From: Alloascoidea hylecoeti
Taxonomy: Eukaryota
Length of the DNA stretch: 64,000 nt
Assembly (NCBI GenBank): GCA_001600815.1
Contig: BCKZ01000007.1
Location: forward strand, 372,001 to 436,000
Reading direction: 5' to 3'
Part shown: positions 58,398-64,000 of the stretch, piece by piece
Layout: each line of letters begins with the position of its first letter
Numbering within the stretch: the stretch's first letter is position 1
Program-made: the position numbers and the translations under genes
The notes under the pieces: generated by a model
Seen by the model: the letters and a program-made list of their open reading frames with translations, nothing else
Databases searched by the model: none
What the model was told of the DNA's origin: nothing

Positions 58398-61300
58398 ATG
58401 GATAACGCTTTCGTTTTACCTATTGAGGAGGTTGCAAAACAACTAGATGCCAATACAGAAACTGGTTTAACTGATTCTCAAGTTATTGATCATTTAAAGA
58501 AATATGGTCCAAATAGTAAGTAAATCATTTTACGTTCAATTTCCTTATCGAAATATTAATCATTAAAAACTAACCTAAATGTTATTTGATTTTAGCTATT
58601 CCGGAGGATCCTCCGACTCCGATGTGGGAACTTATTCTCAAACAATTTGAAGATAAATTAACAATAATTTTACTTATTTCAGCATTAGTATCATTTATAT
58701 TAGCTTTATTAGAAGGAGAAGATTTATCTTGGACAAGTTTCGTTGATCCTATAGTTATTCTTACAATTCTTATACTTAATGCAATAGTTGGTGTTCAACA
58801 AGAATCAAGTGCTGAACAAGCAATTGCTGCTATTGGTAAATATTCATCACCAGAAGCAAAAGTTTTAAGAAATGGGAAAATTATTAAAGTTGATACTTCA
58901 AATATTTATCCAGGTGATATTATTGAATTATCAATTGGTGATTTAATTCCTGCTGATGCTAGATTATTTACAATTAAAAGTAAAGCTTTTAGAGTTGATC
59001 AAGCAATCTTAACTGGTGAAAGTGTTTCTGTTGAAAAAATAACAAAACAAATTGATGATGTTCAAGCTGTTAAACAAGACCAAATTAATATGGTTTTTTC
59101 AGGAACTGTAGTAAGTGCTGGTCATGCAACTGCTATAGTTACAGCTACTGGTAAATCAACAGCAATCGGTTTCATTCATGAAAGTATTGTTTCTCAAATA
59201 GATCAATCTACTCCATTAAAAGAAAAATTAGATGGATTTGGTGATCAATTAGCAAAAGGAATTACAATTATTTGTATATTAGTTTGGGTTATGAATATAA
59301 AAAATTTTGGTGATCCAAGTCATGGTAGTTATTTAGATGGAGCAATCTATTATTTTAAAATCGCTATTGCTTTAGCTGTTGCTGCAATTCCAGAAGGTTT
59401 ATCAATTGTAATAACAACATGTTTAGCACTTGGAACTAAAAAAATGGCTAAAAAAAATGCAATTGTAAGATCTTTACCAAGTGTTGAAACTCTTGGAAGT
59501 ACAAATGTAATTTGTTCCGATAAAACTGGTACACTTACTACAAATCAAATTTGTGTTAAACATATTGGTTATTTCAATACATCAGATAATATTAATGAAT
59601 TAATAGTTAGTGGGAACAGTTTTGAACCACAAGGTGTTATTGTTAATAAAGATGGTAAAGAAATATCATGTGCTATTAGAAGTTCAGCTGTTATTAATCT
59701 CCTTGCTAAAGTTTCGTCTATCTGTAATGAATCTCAATTAACATATGATATAGAAAATGATGCATATAGTCATGTTGGTGAACCAACAGAAGCTGCACTT
59801 AAAGTATTGGTTGAAAAATTGGGTAAAGGTAGCGAATCTACTCCTTCTAATGTTGATCCTATAAATCAAGAATTTTTATCATCTACATCTAAACTAGCAA
59901 CATTCGAATTTTCAAGAGATAGAAAAAGTATGTCTGTTCTCATAAAGTCTGATAAACAGGAAGGATTCAATACTTTACTTGTTAAAGGTGCTCCTGAATC
60001 TATTATAGAGAGATCTACAAGTTATTGTTTTGATACAGAAAGTGGATATGAAAAGAGTGATCTTTCTCAACAGAATAAAGAAGAAATTCAAAGATCGGTT
60101 ACATTATTAAGTTCTCAAGGATATCGTGTTTTGGCATTAGCTCAAATTGATGGAATATCAGAGGATGATAATTTAGTAAATACAGCAACTACATCAAAAG
60201 AATATCTTGAAATCGAACAAAACTTAACATTTATTGGTTATGTTGCAATGATGGATCCTCCACGAATGGAAGTAGCTGAAAGTATTCGAAAATGTAAAAA
60301 CGCAGGAATTAGAGTCATTGTTATTACTGGTGATAGTCAAGCTACTGCTGAAGCCATATGTCGACAAATAGGAATATTTGATGAAGATGAAAATGTTAAT
60401 GGTAAAAGTTTAACAGGAAGACAATTTGATAATTTATTAGAAGATGAAAAATTAGAAATTGTTAAAACTGCTAGATTATTTTCAAGAGTTGAACCAAGTC
60501 ATAAAAGTGCATTGGTTGGATTTTTACAAAGACACAATAATGTTGTTGCAATGACAGGTGATGGTGTAAATGATGCACCTGCTTTGAAAAAAGCGGATAT
60601 TGGTATTGCTATGGGCTCTGGAACTGATGTTGCTAAACTTGCTGCTGATTTAGTTTTAGCTGATGATAATTTCTCAACAATTGAAGCCGCTGTTGAAGAA
60701 GGTAGGGCCATTTATAATAATGTTCGACAATTTATTAGGTATTTGATTTCTTCTAATATTGGAGAAGTTGTGACGATTTTCTTAACTGCTTCTCTTGGTA
60801 TTCCAGAAACTTTAATCCCAGTTCAACTATTATGGGTTAATCTTGTTACTGATGGTCTCCCTGCAACTGCTTTGGGATTCAATCCTCCTGATAAACGTAT
60901 CATGTCTAGAGCTCCAAAACCCAAAGATGATCCTTTAATCAGTGGATGGTTATTCTTTAGATATCTTGTTGTAGGTGCTTATGTCGGAGCTGCAACTGTG
61001 TTTGGTTATGTTTGGTGGTTTGTGTTTTATTCAGGTGGACCTCAAATCACATTTAAACAATTATCACACTTTCACCATTGTGAAGTAGATTTTCCAGAGC
61101 TTGGATGTGAAATATTCAGTAATGATATTGCAGCACATGCTTCAACCATGTCACTTTCTGTTCTTGTTATTATTGAAATGTTAAATGCAATGAATAATCT
61201 TAGTGAATTTGATTCTTTAATCACTTTCCCATTATGGAATAATCCTTATCTTATCGTTGCAATAATATTATCAATTTTCCTCCATGTTTTAATACTTTAT

Positions 61301-61483
61301 ATTCCAGCTTTGAATTCCATCTTTTCAGTAACACCATTGAATTTTAAAGAATGGATTGCTGTATTTATTATTAGTTCACCTGTCATCTTTATAGATGAAT
61401 TATTTAAACTTTATGAAAGAGAAGTTTTACTTCGTGAACCAAAATTTTTAGTTTTAGAAGACGATGAAAAGAAGAAGAAATAG
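58398..61483 (+). CDS. SERCA-type (P2A) ER Ca2+-ATPase, 2 exons
   Basis: TGES, AIPEGL, DKTGT, KGAPE, GDGVNDAPALKKA and VQLLWVNLVTDGLPATALGFNPPD motifs, with a KKKK end. ATG at 58398 and intron 58516-58595 (GTAAGT..ACTAAC..TAG). Confidence 0.95.
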
Positions 61484-62913
61484 ATTTAGATTTAGATTTA
61501 GAGATGTATTTCATTAATTGTAATTAGATATTGCATATAAGAATAACTATGAAATATTTAGAGTGTATTTTATAAAAAAAAACTAAAGTTTAAGAAATTC
61601 CATTCACTGTTTTGCATAAAACCTTATATCAACAACAATATCTTAAAATGTTTCAGTAACCCAATAACAAAGTACCATTTGGATTGTTTTTTTTATTTGT
61701 GTTTGAATAAATATCAACAACAACGACAAATGACACTTAATAGTAGAGAAATTATCCTCAAAAAGAGGAAAAAGTATCTGCAATGAGTTGGCACTAATAT
61801 TTTGTTCTCATAATTTTTGCCTGTCATTTCCACATTTTCATTCCTCGATTTTTGAGTGTTATTCTCTTTGTAACCTCAGTTTAAAATAAGTGAACTCTCG
61901 TTGCGCAGATCTTTAGTCCTATAAATATTTATTGAAGTATACCAATAGTTATATAAGCATAGTTATAAAGTTAGTCTTCAGAATAATAATCAACAACTGA
62001 TGAAAGATTAACAAGAGAAATAAAATATAATTGAATCTTGTTAATATGTTGAACAAAGTATGATGATCTCTCTCTTTTGCGTTCCTTTCCAATTGATTGA
62101 GTTGATTAGTATTTCATCATTATGAATATAAAAACAAATACTATTTACGTTACCCGGATTATCACAAATCGATACCCAAATTTAAGATCATATATATCAG
62201 TGTAATTGCATTACAAACTTATAAAATAAATGAGTGAACATCATGATCATTATGTATCATTTATAAAATTATATCCATCAACATTTACTTAAAATATAAT
62301 TAATATATTACAGTAATGTTTAATTAAGTTTAAATCATTGCAATTGAATTTCATAATATCAGTAAATTCTCAGACTAACGTTATTATATATATTTAATAA
62401 TAAAAACTATCACTACTGTTCACTAGTCAATCCCTTGTTTTTAGCATAGGTCATACCGTGAATCAAATGGAAAATGATGGGATTACAGATAAAATATATC
62501 AAATAAAAATAAATATTAAAAATTAAAAATTAAGAAAAAAAAAAAAAAAAAAAACTCATGATTATTATAGTCATTAAAGGACAAAAGCACGTATGTGTGA
62601 ATATACCAAAAAAGATAATAATTAAGATAAAAAAAGGCATTTAAAATAAGATAAAAAAAAAGGCATTTAATATAAGACAAAAAAATTTAAAAGAAAAAAA
62701 TAAAATATAGGCTTGGGTAAATAAAATAACGCAAACATGATAATCACATATAATATAGTGAGCTATAATATAGAAGAGACCTAGAAAAAGTTAACACTTC
62801 ACACGGAACAATACTAATATGTCTTGATATGATTAGCATGATATGCTACGAATCACGTAGAGTTTGAGATTTTAAATTTTAAATTTTAAAGCATTTTTTT
62901 TGGTTTGTATTGT

Positions 62914-64000
62914 TCACTTTGAAGGAACAGTAGAAGATTGTTCTGCTTCAATTTTTATATCATCATCAGTAACTTCTTCAATTTTTTCTGCATCTTCAGC
63001 ATCAGAATTATCAATCTCTTCAATCTCTGAAATATCACCTTCTGTACTATTAACATTAGGGTTGATACCCAATGAAGCCAACAAATCGGTAGCATTATGA
63101 GAATCTAGATAAATAACACCATTATCCTGTGTTAATGTAGAGTTTGCTAATAGACTCTGTAAAGTAATAGCATTTACATTTGGATCTTCATTCTCAATAT
63201 TTCCATTTGAACCACTAACACCTTCTTCATTTATCATTTCCCTTTCTCGCTCTTCATCTAATTTTTCCTCTGCTTCACGTAATTGTTGACCATAATTTTG
63301 GATTTCTTCAGGTGTCATTTTTGGTGCTACAGGACCATCTCCAGCATCAACCCGTTTTCTAATAGTTTCATACCATTCTTCTTTTGTTTGTCTATTAAGC
63401 AAAGCAACAATCACAATAGACATATTATCACATCCGATTCCACTAAAACTGCTAGCTGGTGCTAAACAAGTATCCAAAACAGTTTCAGAAATCTCAGCAA
63501 GAGATTTGCCTTCAGCGATTTCACGTCTAATAAATTCAACAGCTTGTTGAGAAGAAAGACAATCCCAAATACCATCACAAGCAAGAATCAAAAATTCATC
63601 ATCTGGAGTAATGTCATGAACTATAATATCAGGAAGAACGGTAACAATTTGTTCTTCAGCAGGCAATTCAGAATTTTGTTTATATTCAAAATCACCAACT
63701 GCTCTAGATAAGGCCAGATTACCATTGACACGTCCAACTTCCACATAACCACCGGCGGCAGATATTCTTGCTCTTTCACCTTCATTTTGAGGTTTATGAT
63801 CATAAGATAATGGTTTAGCAGTTCCTTTTATTCCCAATACAGTTCTTGAATCACCAGCATTTGCACAGATGATTTTATTGTCGGCAATGATGGCAGTAGT
63901 AGCAGTGCATCCACTTTCAACATTCTTCGTGGCTTCATCGGATAAAATTTGTTGATCTGTTTTTAAAAAACCTTCTTTAAGAGCAGTCACATAATCTTTT
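62914..64000 (-). CDS. PP2C protein phosphatase Ptc2/Ptc3 (5' end outside the window)
   Basis: SGCTA, ANAGDSR, DHKP, RVNGNLALSRA, LACDGIWD and GCDNM motifs, with an acidic tail. Confidence 0.93.
   Translation of the reverse strand, partial: KDYVTALKEGFLKTDQQILSDEATKNVESGCTATTAIIADNKIICANAGDSRTVLGIKGTAKPLSYDHKPQNEGERARISAAGGYVEVGRVNGNLALSRAVGDFEYKQNSELPAEEQIVTVLPDIIVHDITPDDEFLILACDGIWDCLSSQQAVEFIRREIAEGKSLAEISETVLDTCLAPASSFSGIGCDNMSIVIVALLNRQTKEEWYETIRKRVDAGDGPVAPKMTPEEIQNYGQQLREAEEKLDEEREREMINEEGVSGSNGNIENEDPNVNAITLQSLLANSTLTQDNGVIYLDSHNATDLLASLGINPNVNSTEGDISEIEEIDNSDAEDAEKIEEVTDDDIKIEAEQSSTVPSK

Noticed and set aside
62610..62700. Imperfect ~25-bp A-rich tandem repeat downstream of the PP2C gene
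   Set aside because: Low-complexity 3' UTR slippage with no sign of function.

Overview
AT-rich eukaryotic DNA from a budding-yeast-like fungus. It is probably an early-diverging Saccharomycotina: introns are short (55-80 nt), CTG sits at conserved Leu positions (standard code), and eIF3L and a SERCA pump, both absent from S. cerevisiae, are retained. About 15 conserved genes are recognisable: BEM3-like RhoGAP, LIP5, APD1-like, ERp38-type PDI, CREG-like, eIF3L, ARL3 (5 introns, missed by the ORF track), MPDU1, COS111-like F-box, SFP1, kinesin-5, PRX1, RAD51, YEL1-like Sec7 GEF, SERCA and a partial PTC2/3. Three accessory zones lie between them. (1) 7.7-13 kb is a pseudogene cluster (carboxypeptidase Y-like and aspartic protease relics). 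(2) 24.4-35.5 kb is an 11 kb gene desert with transposon relics, a candidate regional centromere or long regulatory region. (3) 43.7-53.4 kb holds Tc1/mariner relics, orphan ORFs, a long hairpin and a chimeric ORF with a signal peptide fused to a TFIIE-beta domain. The most notable observations are the TFIIE-beta chimera, a GC island encoding an Arg-rich upstream ORF before SFP1, a PRX1 with a hydrophobic C-terminal tail, and a dispersed family of decayed Tc1-like elements. All homology calls are by eye from motif recall; no searches were run.
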